Counted from the stretch's first letter, positions 40,167 through 50,690 are shown. The stretch: DNA of 64,000 nt from Candidatus Zixiibacteriota bacterium (GCA_043819555.1 JBDREQ010000073.1:1-64000); one strand, 5' to 3'. Notes: generated by a model from the letters alone, not told the origin. Program-made: numbers and translations.

Positions 40167-41072
40167 ATGTATACGCACTCTGTCGGTGCCCAGCGGATGG
40201 CCGGTTTATCGATTGGTAAACATGGTTCGCAAACCGCTTTTAAGGAGAAAGATTCAGTCTACGAGTCTTTATCTTCGAGAATTGAGAAAGGCAGTCAAGG
40301 CAACTCAATTTCGGGAATCTTATTGAGTTACATTATCCTTGCTGGAATTTTAACGAATTCTGTTTTTCGGCATTGGTTGATGGTAATTCCAAGCTTTGCC
40401 TTTAAGTCGGTTTTTCTAAAGCGCGCCGTTGATATCATTGGAGCTCTGGTAGGTTTGGTTTTGACACTTCCAGTATTTATAATACTTCCAATCCTTATTA
40501 GGCTTGATTCGCCCGGACCGGTTTTTTATAAGCAATTGCGCGTCGGTCAAAATCGCCGGAGAGATGAGAGGCGACAGGAAAACGGTTCTATGCTGGGACG
40601 TGACAGGCGAAATCGCAGGCGAATAAATTTGCATGGCACGCCTTTTCATGTTTACAAGTTTCGTACAATGGTGCCTGAAGCCGAGAAAAAGTGCGGTGCG
40701 GTATGGGCTACCAAAAATGATCCCAGAGTGACACGCCTGGGAAGATTTATGCGCAAATCACGGTTAGATGAGATTCCCCAGTTTGTGAATATTCTATTGG
40801 GTCATATGTCGCTGGTTGGCCCTCGCCCGGAACGCCCGAAATTCGTTGAAGAATTATCTTCACAAGTGGATAATTACAAAATGAGACTGGATGTCAAGCC
40901 GGGGTTGACGGGACTGGCTCAGATTGAGAATGGATATGACTCTTCGGTCGCGTCGGTCGTGCGAAAAGTACAATATGATTTGCAATATATCCAGAAATGG
41001 AATATTTGGCAGGATTTCAAAATTATGATGAGGACTGTTCTAGTAGTTTTTACGGGCAAGGGCGCCTTTTAG
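40167..41072 (+). CDS. Priming (undecaprenyl-phosphate) sugar phosphotransferase, Bac_transf family
   Basis: KRAVDI, YKFRTM, DPRVT, LDEIPQF.N...G.MSLVGPRPE, KPGLTGLAQ. Confidence 0.93.
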   Translation: MYTHSVGAQRMAGLSIGKHGSQTAFKEKDSVYESLSSRIEKGSQGNSISGILLSYIILAGILTNSVFRHWLMVIPSFAFKSVFLKRAVDIIGALVGLVLTLPVFIILPILIRLDSPGPVFYKQLRVGQNRRRDERRQENGSMLGRDRRNRRRINLHGTPFHVYKFRTMVPEAEKKCGAVWATKNDPRVTRLGRFMRKSRLDEIPQFVNILLGHMSLVGPRPERPKFVEELSSQVDNYKMRLDVKPGLTGLAQIENGYDSSVASVVRKVQYDLQYIQKWNIWQDFKIMMRTVLVVFTGKGAF

Positions 41073-41094
41073 AACTGAATTCTGTGAAAAGATT

Positions 41095-41126
41095 AAAACC
41101 GCGCTTTCACATTAAGCGCGGTTTTT
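41095..41126 (+). terminator. Intrinsic terminator
   Basis: AAAACCGCGCTT-loop-AAGCGCGGTTTTT. Confidence 0.85.
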
Positions 41127-41209
41127 GTATATTGGGGATGAGTTTTTATTGCGAGAATATCAAGGATTTGATATATTTTCCCGAAATAAATCAAAAAGGG
41201 AATTTGTTT

Positions 41210-41941
41210 ATGAACCAGGCCATAAAATGGAATTTGGCGGTCTGTTGCGTTTTATGTTTGGTCACTTCGACCAGTCTTCTGGCTCAGGATGAAGGTAATG
41301 TCGTTATCAATTCCAATCCGCAGGGAGGACTGGTAAGGCTTGAGGGATTATTTGATCTGTCAGGCGTTACGCCCATTAGATTTGACCGAGTTTTATCCGG
41401 ACAGTACCGTCTTACGGTAGAGCGGGACGGTTATGAAAAGTACAAATCCACCGAGTATTTTTCCGAGACACAGCCAGCCCGGCTTGATATAAATCTCGTT
41501 AAAAAAACGAGAACCAAAGCGTTTTTCAGATCTATCGTGTTTCCCGGATGGGGACAAAAATATTATGGGGACAAAACCAAATCGACGGTTATCGCTTTGG
41601 GTACCCTTGCTTCTGTCGTAGGATATATACACTATAAAAGTGATTACGATGACAAGGTCGAAGATTTTAATGCCGCCAAACAGGCTTTTGCCGATGAACG
41701 CAGCTGGAGTAAATTAGGCGGTTTGGAAGAACGTGTCTGGGCTGCCCAGAGGGTGGCCAATGATGCGGAGAACAAGGTAAATCTTTTAATAGCTGTTACT
41801 GCCGGAGTCTATCTGTTAAATCTTTTGGACACTATTCTATTGTTTCCCGAACATAGCTCATACTCCGAATATAAGTCGATTACGGCCGTGCCCGACGTGG
41901 GTGATGACAAGGTTGGATTAACGTTGGCGGTGAGGTTTTAG
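41210..41941 (+). CDS. PEGA-domain protein with DUF5683-like C-terminal region
   Basis: Signal peptide, I.SNP.G, G.TP, GYE; RS.VFPGWGQ.Y; C-terminal F. Confidence 0.7.
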   Translation: MNQAIKWNLAVCCVLCLVTSTSLLAQDEGNVVINSNPQGGLVRLEGLFDLSGVTPIRFDRVLSGQYRLTVERDGYEKYKSTEYFSETQPARLDINLVKKTRTKAFFRSIVFPGWGQKYYGDKTKSTVIALGTLASVVGYIHYKSDYDDKVEDFNAAKQAFADERSWSKLGGLEERVWAAQRVANDAENKVNLLIAVTAGVYLLNLLDTILLFPEHSSYSEYKSITAVPDVGDDKVGLTLAVRF

Positions 41942-41943
41942 AT

Positions 41944-43488
41944 ATGAAGAAAAAATATTTTATATTGGCCTTTTCAATCCTGTGCGCCATGATAATCCTT
42001 TCATGCAGTGAAGAAATTGAATCACCAAGCGGAATATCTGGTTTGCCGGCTGAACCTGAGATTCCTCGTGGATTAACGGCCGCCATTGGAGAAGGTACGA
42101 TTAATTTAGCCTGGACCATCTCGAATGCTTCTGCAATTTCCCAGTATTTTATATATTATTCTGATTCATCGTCTTCGGATATGTCATTGTTGGATTCGAC
42201 TAAGAATTTATCATATCAGGTGACGGGATTATCCAATGGTGTCGAATACTTCTTTCGAATATCGGTTCTCACAACGGCCGGATATGAAGGTAAGAAATCT
42301 CGCGTCGTCAGGGCGACTCCCGGAATATTTTCTATTCTCATAAATAATGGCAATGAATTTACAAATAGTCGGTCGATATCAATCGCGTTAACTGCCGTTG
42401 ACGCGACCGATCTGGTACAATTTTCGGAAAGTTTTGATTTTAATTCGGCTCATTGGGAGAATTTTAGCCCAACGAAGTCATATTTACTGTCTGACGGGGA
42501 TGGAATGAAACGGCTTTATGCTCGTTTTCAAACCAGGGACGGAGGTAATTCGACAGGTATGATAGCCGACAGTATAATCCTTGATCGATATGCCGCTATT
42601 GATTCGGTTACCGAAAACTCGGGAGGTGCGGTGCTGGCCGTTGGCGATACGGTTCATCTATCAATTTATACTTCCGAATCCGGGGGGGAGGCATCGGTTA
42701 ATATTACCGGAATAGGAAATATCGCCCTCAATGATTTTGGATTAAGTGGAGACAGTTTTGCCGACGATGGCATATATGAAATTGATTATGCCTTACCGAT
42801 AGGCACGGAATTGGTGGATGCGGAAATTACCGGGAGTTTTACTGATGCCGCCGGTAATCACGCTTCTGATGTAAAGGCCGGAACTCGTTTGACCGCGACT
42901 TTTCCTCCGGATCCGGTGATCCTGACAGGTTATTCCGAATCATCACTTGAAATCCTGTTACAATGGACGCGATCAGCCATATCAGATTTTTCATTTTATC
43001 GTATTTTTCGCAGTGTAAACCCCGGAATAGATGAAACTTCGTTCCTTGTGTCAACGGTATCCAGTCAATCTACAACCAGTTACCAGGATACTGCACTGGC
43101 CGATACAACTGCATATTATTATCGCGTGTACGTTTATGATAACCGCGGAAATTCATCTGGATCCAATGAACTGGAAATATCAACCATGAAAAATACTCCG
43201 CCGGACGCGATTACAATCGCGGTCGGATTGACCGGCGAAGCTCTGGCGGTGGAAGTCAGCTGGCTGCAGTCATATGATGATGATTTTGCATCATATCATC
43301 TCCTAAGGGATAATAGTCCGTTGAACGGTTATGATAGTGATCTTGTGGTAGGTATAATTAATGCGCGTGCGACAACATCGGTAACCGATTATTTACCGGC
43401 GGCCGGAACATATTATTATCAGGTTTTCATATTTGATAAGCAGGGACTGTTGACCGGTTCGAATATTGTATCAATTGTTATTCCCTGA
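41944..43488 (+). CDS. Fibronectin type III repeat lipoprotein
   Basis: Lipobox ILSC; L.W...Y...Y.FRI and YYYRVYVYD FN3 motifs; GD..ADDGIY. Confidence 0.85.
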   Translation: MKKKYFILAFSILCAMIILSCSEEIESPSGISGLPAEPEIPRGLTAAIGEGTINLAWTISNASAISQYFIYYSDSSSSDMSLLDSTKNLSYQVTGLSNGVEYFFRISVLTTAGYEGKKSRVVRATPGIFSILINNGNEFTNSRSISIALTAVDATDLVQFSESFDFNSAHWENFSPTKSYLLSDGDGMKRLYARFQTRDGGNSTGMIADSIILDRYAAIDSVTENSGGAVLAVGDTVHLSIYTSESGGEASVNITGIGNIALNDFGLSGDSFADDGIYEIDYALPIGTELVDAEITGSFTDAAGNHASDVKAGTRLTATFPPDPVILTGYSESSLEILLQWTRSAISDFSFYRIFRSVNPGIDETSFLVSTVSSQSTTSYQDTALADTTAYYYRVYVYDNRGNSSGSNELEISTMKNTPPDAITIAVGLTGEALAVEVSWLQSYDDDFASYHLLRDNSPLNGYDSDLVVGIINARATTSVTDYLPAAGTYYYQVFIFDKQGLLTGSNIVSIVIP

Positions 43489-43536
43489 TAATGCCCGATA
43501 GGAGGGCATAGGGATAACTAAGTAAGGCGATCTGTA

Positions 43537-44394
43537 ATGGGACAAAGAGTTCAGTTCGGAGAATTTTGGTTTTTATACCTGCAGACAATAAAGCAGATGA
43601 AACGAGCTGTTTTATGGTCGCCCCTATTAATTTTGGGACTGCTGACGATTGGTCTGGCGACGGCGCATTATTATATTTTCTCGCCAGTTTTGAATCCGTT
43701 ATTGAAAGGCTTTCTGAGTTTTACATATCCTCAATATAAGGACGCCTTTTTTCACTATCCGAACCATTTTACCCTGTTGCCGCTAATTCTTGATACTTCA
43801 GTTCGGGTGTTTTCTATCCTCGTTGAAGCGCTTTTTCTGGGCGTTTTTTCCGATTTAATGATTTCCAACTATCGGGGAGAGAAACCGGCTTTCAGTCAAT
43901 CGTTCGGTCGAGCCGCAAAAAGATATATAAAATTGACTTCGGTGTGGGGCGGATTGCTGGTTGTGCTCTATCTGCTGTCTTTATATTATTATGATTTTCT
44001 TACTGACGTCATCGGGCTTGCGCTGCATCAGTCGCCCCGACGACAGATTGCGGTTTTCTTTTCTCTGCATTTTCTGGCGGTTGTCATTTATACACCACTT
44101 ATATTCATTATCCCCAGTATAATGGTCGGCGGTTCATCTCTGGCCAAAACAATAAGCCGGGCTTTTAAAACTTTTATACGCCACCCGTTTATTGCTTTTG
44201 GAATTGTCCTTATCCCTTACGTTATATCAGCCGCCCCGGGATTACCTTTATCCTTTTCGAACCGTGTGGTTGAAGTATTTAATCCGGAAATGATTTTTTA
44301 TCTTATAATAACGTCAATCGTAGTCAGTCTAATTACCAATTTTATTTTGATGGGCACCGCGGTAAAATTCTTTATGGATCAGAATGAATCGTAA
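43537..44394 (+). CDS. Polytopic membrane protein of unknown function
   Basis: About 6 hydrophobic segments; translationally coupled to the kinase gene. Confidence 0.75.
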   Translation: MGQRVQFGEFWFLYLQTIKQMKRAVLWSPLLILGLLTIGLATAHYYIFSPVLNPLLKGFLSFTYPQYKDAFFHYPNHFTLLPLILDTSVRVFSILVEALFLGVFSDLMISNYRGEKPAFSQSFGRAAKRYIKLTSVWGGLLVVLYLLSLYYYDFLTDVIGLALHQSPRRQIAVFFSLHFLAVVIYTPLIFIIPSIMVGGSSLAKTISRAFKTFIRHPFIAFGIVLIPYVISAAPGLPLSFSNRVVEVFNPEMIFYLIITSIVVSLITNFILMGTAVKFFMDQNES

Positions 44395-46487
44395 TGGAAC
44401 CGGTACAAGTATTTTTAATTATTTCGTTCTGTCTGCTTCTGCTTACCATTTTTCTGGTTATTTTATTCAAGAGATTCTCATCTTACAACCGTCCACTTTT
44501 ATATTTTTCCTTTATAAATATCATCGGGATCGCGGCGTTTTATATTGAAGTTGGACAATTCCCGCAGCTTTGGAAAACGGCGCATATCATGGTGTACGCC
44601 TTTATATCATTTATGCCTTTTGCATGGTACGTTCTTTCGAGCCGCTGGGCCCAGGATACAGGTGAATTTGAATCAAAAAGCAAAATGATTCCCCGTTTAC
44701 TGTTTATCCTGGGGGCAATCATTTTTGTAATTATGATCGGGCAAAAGGCCGTTGATGTTGTCATTATTGGCGACCGCTGGTTTATATCGCTGCTAAAATG
44801 GAGATTTTTGATAAATCTGAATTTTATTTTTTGCCTTACGGCCGGAGCTTATGCCATTGAAAATCGATATCGCTCATCACTGGGTTTATCGCGGGATAGA
44901 ATAAGAAAGTCATTTTTCCTGCTGTTGACGTATGTGATAAATTTTCTGGCTATGGCAACGATTGCCATAATCTATGGACAAATCAGTGATTATCTTTTGA
45001 CCTTGAATTTTTTCCTCGCCGGACTAATTTGTTTGTTTTATGTAAGGCATGTAATAAGATTCGAACCGGACAATGATGGCATCATAATTTCCCGCAAGGC
45101 ATCATATTCATCAATCGTAGTTGTAGTTTTTGGTCTGTATTTTTTATCCATTGGACTAACTGGAGAGATATTGAGAAAACTTAATTTGAATGAGGGTACA
45201 TTTATTTCAGTTGTTGTCCTTATCCTATTGGGCTCTACTTTTATTTTCTTCCTCTTCTCTCAGGCCAGACGATCGCGATTGACCGGATTAACTGATGGCG
45301 GTCACATATCTTCAGGACTAAAATATGGTGTGGAATGGAAGGAATTCGCCGAAGAAATTTCTGCCACAATAGAATTTGATGAGATCTATCAGCGCACCAA
45401 AAGCTTATTGCATCGCATAATGAAAATTGAGGATTGCTTCTTTATTCTAAGGGAATCCGAACCGGGTTGTGATTACAGATTATTGATCGGTAAGGACATT
45501 GACCATATAATTCCCGCAAATAATTTGAATCAACTATGCGATTGGCTGCACCGACTTGGACGGCCGATTGAAGTGAGCGATATCGGTGATGCCGGTGAGA
45601 CCGAGCTGAATCAATATCTGGATTTGGAAAAACTCATTCCGTTTACTGCGTTTCTGCTGGTTCCATTTGCGGCGCGGCATCAATTCATCGGCATTTGGGG
45701 GATTGGTTATCATAATTCGGGACGAAAACTCCTCAGCGATGAGATAGGTTTTATTGAGGCTGCGGCCGGACCGGTGGCATTGACTTTGCACGGCGCGCGA
45801 ATTACCGAAGAGCTTGTAACGTCGCGTGAAATTGAATCATACCACCGGTTTTCATCGTTTGTACTGCATGATCTTAAGAACTCCGTAGGGATGCTATCGA
45901 TGCTGTTGCAGAATGCTGATAAAAACATGGCTAATCCGGATTTTCAAAGAGAAGCCTTAATTACAATCGGAAAGGCGGTCGATCGCCAGACGAAAATAAT
46001 ATCACGCCTTACCGAAGAGCGTGGCGAGGATAAGTATTTTATTAAGGAAGCCCGCCTTTCGGAATTAATCAAGTGGGCTACAGAAAGAGTCCGGATCGAT
46101 ACCATGCCCCAGGTTGACTTAAGGTGCGATATTGACGATGGCGTTAGAGTATTTGTGGATCCCGAAAAAATAGGATCGGTATTTGACAATTTAATTATGA
46201 ACGCGGTCGAAGCTATGCCGGATGGAGGGGTATTGTCAATCAATACTTTTTCTGAAGCAGACGGAGAAGCGATTGGTATAAAATTTAGCGATACCGGTTG
46301 CGGAATGGATGCGGATTACCTTAATTCAAAATTATTCCGGCCATTTAGCTCGACCAAAAAGCATGGTCTCGGAATCGGTATGTATCAATCACGGGAAATT
46401 ATTTTCAAACATCATGGTCGCCTGGAAGTAAAAAGTGAACCTGGTCGGGGAACCGATTTTATAATCTATTTGCCCGGAGAAATATAA
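44394..46487 (+). CDS. prsK: PrsK-type sensor histidine kinase (multi-TM, GAF, HATPase)
   Basis: SFVLHDLKN H-box typical of PrsK, NLIMNAVEA, DTGCGM, GLGIGMYQ. Confidence 0.85.
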   Translation: MEPVQVFLIISFCLLLLTIFLVILFKRFSSYNRPLLYFSFINIIGIAAFYIEVGQFPQLWKTAHIMVYAFISFMPFAWYVLSSRWAQDTGEFESKSKMIPRLLFILGAIIFVIMIGQKAVDVVIIGDRWFISLLKWRFLINLNFIFCLTAGAYAIENRYRSSLGLSRDRIRKSFFLLLTYVINFLAMATIAIIYGQISDYLLTLNFFLAGLICLFYVRHVIRFEPDNDGIIISRKASYSSIVVVVFGLYFLSIGLTGEILRKLNLNEGTFISVVVLILLGSTFIFFLFSQARRSRLTGLTDGGHISSGLKYGVEWKEFAEEISATIEFDEIYQRTKSLLHRIMKIEDCFFILRESEPGCDYRLLIGKDIDHIIPANNLNQLCDWLHRLGRPIEVSDIGDAGETELNQYLDLEKLIPFTAFLLVPFAARHQFIGIWGIGYHNSGRKLLSDEIGFIEAAAGPVALTLHGARITEELVTSREIESYHRFSSFVLHDLKNSVGMLSMLLQNADKNMANPDFQREALITIGKAVDRQTKIISRLTEERGEDKYFIKEARLSELIKWATERVRIDTMPQVDLRCDIDDGVRVFVDPEKIGSVFDNLIMNAVEAMPDGGVLSINTFSEADGEAIGIKFSDTGCGMDADYLNSKLFRPFSSTKKHGLGIGMYQSREIIFKHHGRLEVKSEPGRGTDFIIYLPGEI

Positions 46488-47846
46488 GTGGCCAAGCCTG
46501 TCATTCTCATAGTCGATGATGAAGAGGGTATCCGTTCCCAGTTAAAATGGGCATTGCTTGACGATTATGAAGTTATCGAATCGTCAGGACCGGATGATGC
46601 TTGTGCCCTGGCATCTGAGCATAAGCCGCTCATTGTTCTACAGGATATAGCTCTAAGTACGCGAGAAAATGCCGTCGAAGGGATTGAATTAATTGAGTAC
46701 TACCTCAGGATAAATCCCTTTTGTAAAGTCATTATGGTTACCGGACACGGTCAAAAGGAAAATGCCCTCAGGGCTGTCGCCAAAGGCGCTTATGACTTTT
46801 TTGAAAAACCGATCAATCTGGATCAATTGAAAATTATCATGGATCGCGGCCTAAGAATGGCGACGCTGGAAGAAGAAAACCGGCAGTTATCTACCGAATT
46901 GGCCCACGTAAAACGATTTGATAATATTATCGGCGACTCGGAAAAAATGCAGGAAGTTTATAAAATTATCGAAACTGTATCCGGGACCGATTATACTGTT
47001 TTGATTACCGGTGAATCAGGAACAGGTAAAGAACTGGTAGCGAGTGCCATTCATAATTCCGGACTTCAAAAGGGTAATCCCTTCATAACTATTAATTGCG
47101 GAGCGATTCCGGAAAATCTATTGGAATCGGAACTTTTCGGGCATGAAAAGGGAGCTTTTACCGATGCCTATGCTCAAAAACTCGGCAAATTCGAGCTGGC
47201 AAATAAAGGTACGATTTTCCTCGATGAAATTGGTGAATTACCGCTAAACCTTCAAGTAAAGCTTCTCAGAGTTTTGGAAAATCATATTATTGAAAGGGTT
47301 GGGGGCAGAACTGGAATTCCACTTGAGGTTCGCGTCCTGGCGGCAACCAATCGAGATTTACTGGAAGAAGTTAACAAAGGCGCTTTTCGTGAAGACTTAT
47401 ATTATCGCCTATCGGTTATAACTATCGATTTACCGCCGCTTCGGGACCGGGGAGATGATATCCTGTTGTTGGCCAAGACATTCCTGAACAGATATGGTCT
47501 TGAAAACCAAAAGGGCAATCTGTCGTTTTCAGAAGTTTCTGCACGCGCTATTGCCTCATATGATTGGCCGGGAAATGTCCGGGAGCTCGAAAATAAAATT
47601 AAAAGAGCCGTTATCATGGCTCAGGACAAGAAGATAAAGCCGCTGGATTTATCTTTGCCGGCGGTCGCGGGAAATGATGCCGGCCGGGCAACCCTGCAGG
47701 AAGTGCGCGAAGAAACCGAAAGAGAGTATATTCTTGAATCCCTGGTCAGGAATAATTGGAATATATCCAGGGTTTCGCGAGAACTGGGGACCAGCCGAAC
47801 GACTCTTTATGACCTGATTGAAAAATACAATCTTAAGAATAAATAA
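46488..47846 (+). CDS. prsR: PrsR-type sigma54-dependent response regulator
   Basis: REC (IVDDEEGI..QLKW), GESGTGKE, GAFTDA, WPGNVRELEN, HTH; adjacent to the PrsK-like gene. Confidence 0.85.
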   Translation: MAKPVILIVDDEEGIRSQLKWALLDDYEVIESSGPDDACALASEHKPLIVLQDIALSTRENAVEGIELIEYYLRINPFCKVIMVTGHGQKENALRAVAKGAYDFFEKPINLDQLKIIMDRGLRMATLEEENRQLSTELAHVKRFDNIIGDSEKMQEVYKIIETVSGTDYTVLITGESGTGKELVASAIHNSGLQKGNPFITINCGAIPENLLESELFGHEKGAFTDAYAQKLGKFELANKGTIFLDEIGELPLNLQVKLLRVLENHIIERVGGRTGIPLEVRVLAATNRDLLEEVNKGAFREDLYYRLSVITIDLPPLRDRGDDILLLAKTFLNRYGLENQKGNLSFSEVSARAIASYDWPGNVRELENKIKRAVIMAQDKKIKPLDLSLPAVAGNDAGRATLQEVREETEREYILESLVRNNWNISRVSRELGTSRTTLYDLIEKYNLKNK

Positions 47847-47954
47847 CTATTCAAAATTGCATTTTCTGCCATTTCCCCCTAAACAAATACTCACCCCTAA
47901 CCGATTACTGTACTATACCATAGTACGTTACATGATGTTAGGGAACTATAGAAA

Positions 47955-49388
47955 ATGAAAAAAGTACTCCTTGTTGATGACGATGTTGAATTGTCACGAT
48001 CACTAATCAGTTTATTTGATCCGGATAAATTCGCATTCCACCATTTGGAGGATGGACAGGAAACGACGAATTATATTAAATGTCATGATGATAATCTCGA
48101 TCTCGTAATGCTGGATGTGAACCTGCCGTCATGTTCCGGTCTGGATGTATTAAGAAATATTAAAAAAATCAAGGATGATTTGCCGGTCATAGTCATTTCA
48201 GGATTTATATCAACTGAAAACGCAATGGAAGCGATGCGAGAGGGAGCTTTTGAATACTTAACCAAGCCATTTGAATTAAATAAATTGATTGAAATAGTTA
48301 ATAAAGCATGCGGATTTATGCAGGAGCCCCATGTCATAAAGCAGCATGTAATCACATCCGACGACGACACGGCGACGGATCTTATCGTGGGGCAGTCGCC
48401 TGAGATAGTTGAAATCGCCAAGCTAATTGGTCAGGTTGCCAGAACAGACGCTTCGGTTCTTATTTTTGGCGAGTCAGGTACCGGAAAAGAGCTGGTTGCC
48501 CGCGCCATTCATCGCAATAGCCTGAGACGCGGCAATACTTTTTTATCGGTCAATTGCGCCGCATTATCCGATACCTTATTGGAGTCCGAATTATTCGGCC
48601 ATGAAAAAGGCGCCTTCACCGGGGCCTATTTCAAACGCATTGGAAAATTCGAACAATGTGACGGCGGAACAATCTTCCTTGATGAAGTAGCCGATATGTC
48701 AATGTTGACCCAGGGGAAAGTGCTGCGCGTTTTGCAGGAAAGAGAATTTGAGAGACTGGGGGGAAATGAAACCATCGCTGTTGATGTTCGGCTTATTGCC
48801 GCTACGAATAAGTCTCTGGTCCAATGCATGAAGGACGGCGCCTTCCGGGTAGATCTTTTCTATCGATTGAAAGTCGTTTCTCTGTACATCCCGCCTCTGC
48901 GCGACAGACGGGAGGATATACCTCTCCTGGTAGATCATTTTATCAAAAAATACAATAAATCCCTGGGGAAAGACATCCGTTCCATTTCCAAAAAGGCCAA
49001 GACGATAGTGTCAAAATATATCTGGCCGGGAAATGTCAGGGAACTTGAGAACAATATTCATACCGCGATGGTCATGTCCAAATCCGATGTTATTCAGCCG
49101 GAAGATTTGCCGGTCTGCAATGAAAACGATGACAAGGTTGACATTGATATAGAGGGTTTGCAGGATAATTATGCCGAGATGTTCGCGCGTTTGATTGAGC
49201 CGCTATTTCCCAAATTGATCAGTAGCAGCGAGGGACGCATTTACCATTTGATGCAATCGTCCATGGAAAAGGCATTGCTTTCAGCCTGCCTGAAACATTT
49301 CAATTCCAATCAGGTCAAGGCTTCGGATATGCTTGGCATATCCCGCAATACTTTACGGGACCGTATCAGCAAGTACGGCATATATTAG
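47955..49388 (+). CDS. NtrC/AtoC-family sigma54-dependent response regulator
   Basis: REC, GESGTGKE, GAFTGA, WPGNVRELEN, Fis HTH (NQVKAS.MLGISRNTLR). Confidence 0.93.
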   Translation: MKKVLLVDDDVELSRSLISLFDPDKFAFHHLEDGQETTNYIKCHDDNLDLVMLDVNLPSCSGLDVLRNIKKIKDDLPVIVISGFISTENAMEAMREGAFEYLTKPFELNKLIEIVNKACGFMQEPHVIKQHVITSDDDTATDLIVGQSPEIVEIAKLIGQVARTDASVLIFGESGTGKELVARAIHRNSLRRGNTFLSVNCAALSDTLLESELFGHEKGAFTGAYFKRIGKFEQCDGGTIFLDEVADMSMLTQGKVLRVLQEREFERLGGNETIAVDVRLIAATNKSLVQCMKDGAFRVDLFYRLKVVSLYIPPLRDRREDIPLLVDHFIKKYNKSLGKDIRSISKKAKTIVSKYIWPGNVRELENNIHTAMVMSKSDVIQPEDLPVCNENDDKVDIDIEGLQDNYAEMFARLIEPLFPKLISSSEGRIYHLMQSSMEKALLSACLKHFNSNQVKASDMLGISRNTLRDRISKYGIY

Positions 49389-49428
49389 ACTATACCATTT
49401 CAAATTATCTTCCAGGATGGGTTCAATG

Positions 49429-49457
49429 GGCCGCAATTAATATTGCGGCCTTTTTTT
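49429..49457 (+). terminator. Intrinsic terminator
   Basis: GGCCGCAAT-TAAT-ATTGCGGCC-TTTTTTT. Confidence 0.85.
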
Positions 49458-49492
49458 ATTGAGTGTATATTGATTATCAAAAGTTTATTATT

Positions 49493-50596
49493 ATGCGAAT
49501 ATGTCATTTTGCGGATAATCATCTGGGCGCCGGTTCAGGGGCCAGGGAAAACGATATTTTCGAAGGCTTCAAAAACGCCGTCGATGGGATCATTGATTTA
49601 CGTCCTGATTTGGTGATAAATGCCGGCGACCTGTTTCACATGGTACAACCGTCCAACAAAGTTATCGCCTTTGCTTCTCGCCAGTTATTGCGACTGGGGA
49701 GAGAGCATAAAATCCCAACGGTCATAATTTCGGGAAATCATGACGCCCCTAAACAAAAACACATTGCGTCGGCTCTATCGATATTTGAGGATTATGAGAA
49801 CATCACGGTTATATATAAATCTCAATATGAAGAAATTAAGATTGGCGGAGTTTCTATATCCGCCGTACCTCATTGTTTGACTCCGGAAATCCTGCAGCGG
49901 GAGCTCGAAAAAATCGCCCTGGATAACAATGCTGATAAAAATATTCTTGTTCTGCATGGAGTCGTGGGCGGGATTAAAGCCTTTCAAATGGCGGATCTTT
50001 CGGAGCAAATGATTCCTTCGGACCGATTTGGAGATTTCGATTATGTTGCCCTTGGACATTATCATAATTTCACAAAGGTTGGAAAAAACGTTTATTATTC
50101 AGGTTCGACCGAACGATTGTCACAGGCGGAAAGCGGTCATCAGAAGGGATTTGTTGAGGTCGATTTTTATGAGTCCGGTCCGCCTAAAATTGAATTTCAT
50201 AAAATCCCCTCCCGGACTATGCTCGATTTGCCACCGCTCCAGGTCCGGGGCAGTTCCGCGGAAGACATTATGTCGCGGATTGAAAAGAAAATAAGGGACC
50301 ACAATCCTGAAGATAAAATAATTCGCCTGAAGGTTGACGGGATTTCGGAAGAGGCATATCGGGCGCTGGCATTTGATAAAATAGCCGAGCTGAAAAACAA
50401 GGCCTTTGCTCTGGATATCCAGTTTATAAAGGAAGAAAAGAAGAACGATAACCTCTATGCCGATTTGAATTTGGGCCGCCTTGATATGGCCTTTGAAAAA
50501 TTTATTGCATCCGGATCAATAGACTCGCTTGACAAAGAGAAATTGACTCGAATGGGAATAGAATATCTAAATCGTGCGGAAGAAATAGACGACTAA
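49493..50596 (+). CDS. sbcD: SbcD/Mre11-family DNA repair nuclease
   Basis: D.HLG, AGDLFH, GNHD, LHG, ALGHYH, YSGS.ER metallophosphoesterase motifs. Confidence 0.88.
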   Translation: MRICHFADNHLGAGSGARENDIFEGFKNAVDGIIDLRPDLVINAGDLFHMVQPSNKVIAFASRQLLRLGREHKIPTVIISGNHDAPKQKHIASALSIFEDYENITVIYKSQYEEIKIGGVSISAVPHCLTPEILQRELEKIALDNNADKNILVLHGVVGGIKAFQMADLSEQMIPSDRFGDFDYVALGHYHNFTKVGKNVYYSGSTERLSQAESGHQKGFVEVDFYESGPPKIEFHKIPSRTMLDLPPLQVRGSSAEDIMSRIEKKIRDHNPEDKIIRLKVDGISEEAYRALAFDKIAELKNKAFALDIQFIKEEKKNDNLYADLNLGRLDMAFEKFIASGSIDSLDKEKLTRMGIEYLNRAEEIDD

Positions 50597-50690
50597 GAAA
50601 TATCCCTTACGAAAATTATATTGCGATTTTTTATTATTCCGCCAATTATTGCGTATCAAATAATGATTCCGGAAATTCAAAGGAGTTGCT

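Noticed and set aside
40997..41209. Long N-terminal extension of the PEGA ORF
   Set aside because: Overlaps the upstream gene and its terminator; the signal peptide begins at ATG 41210
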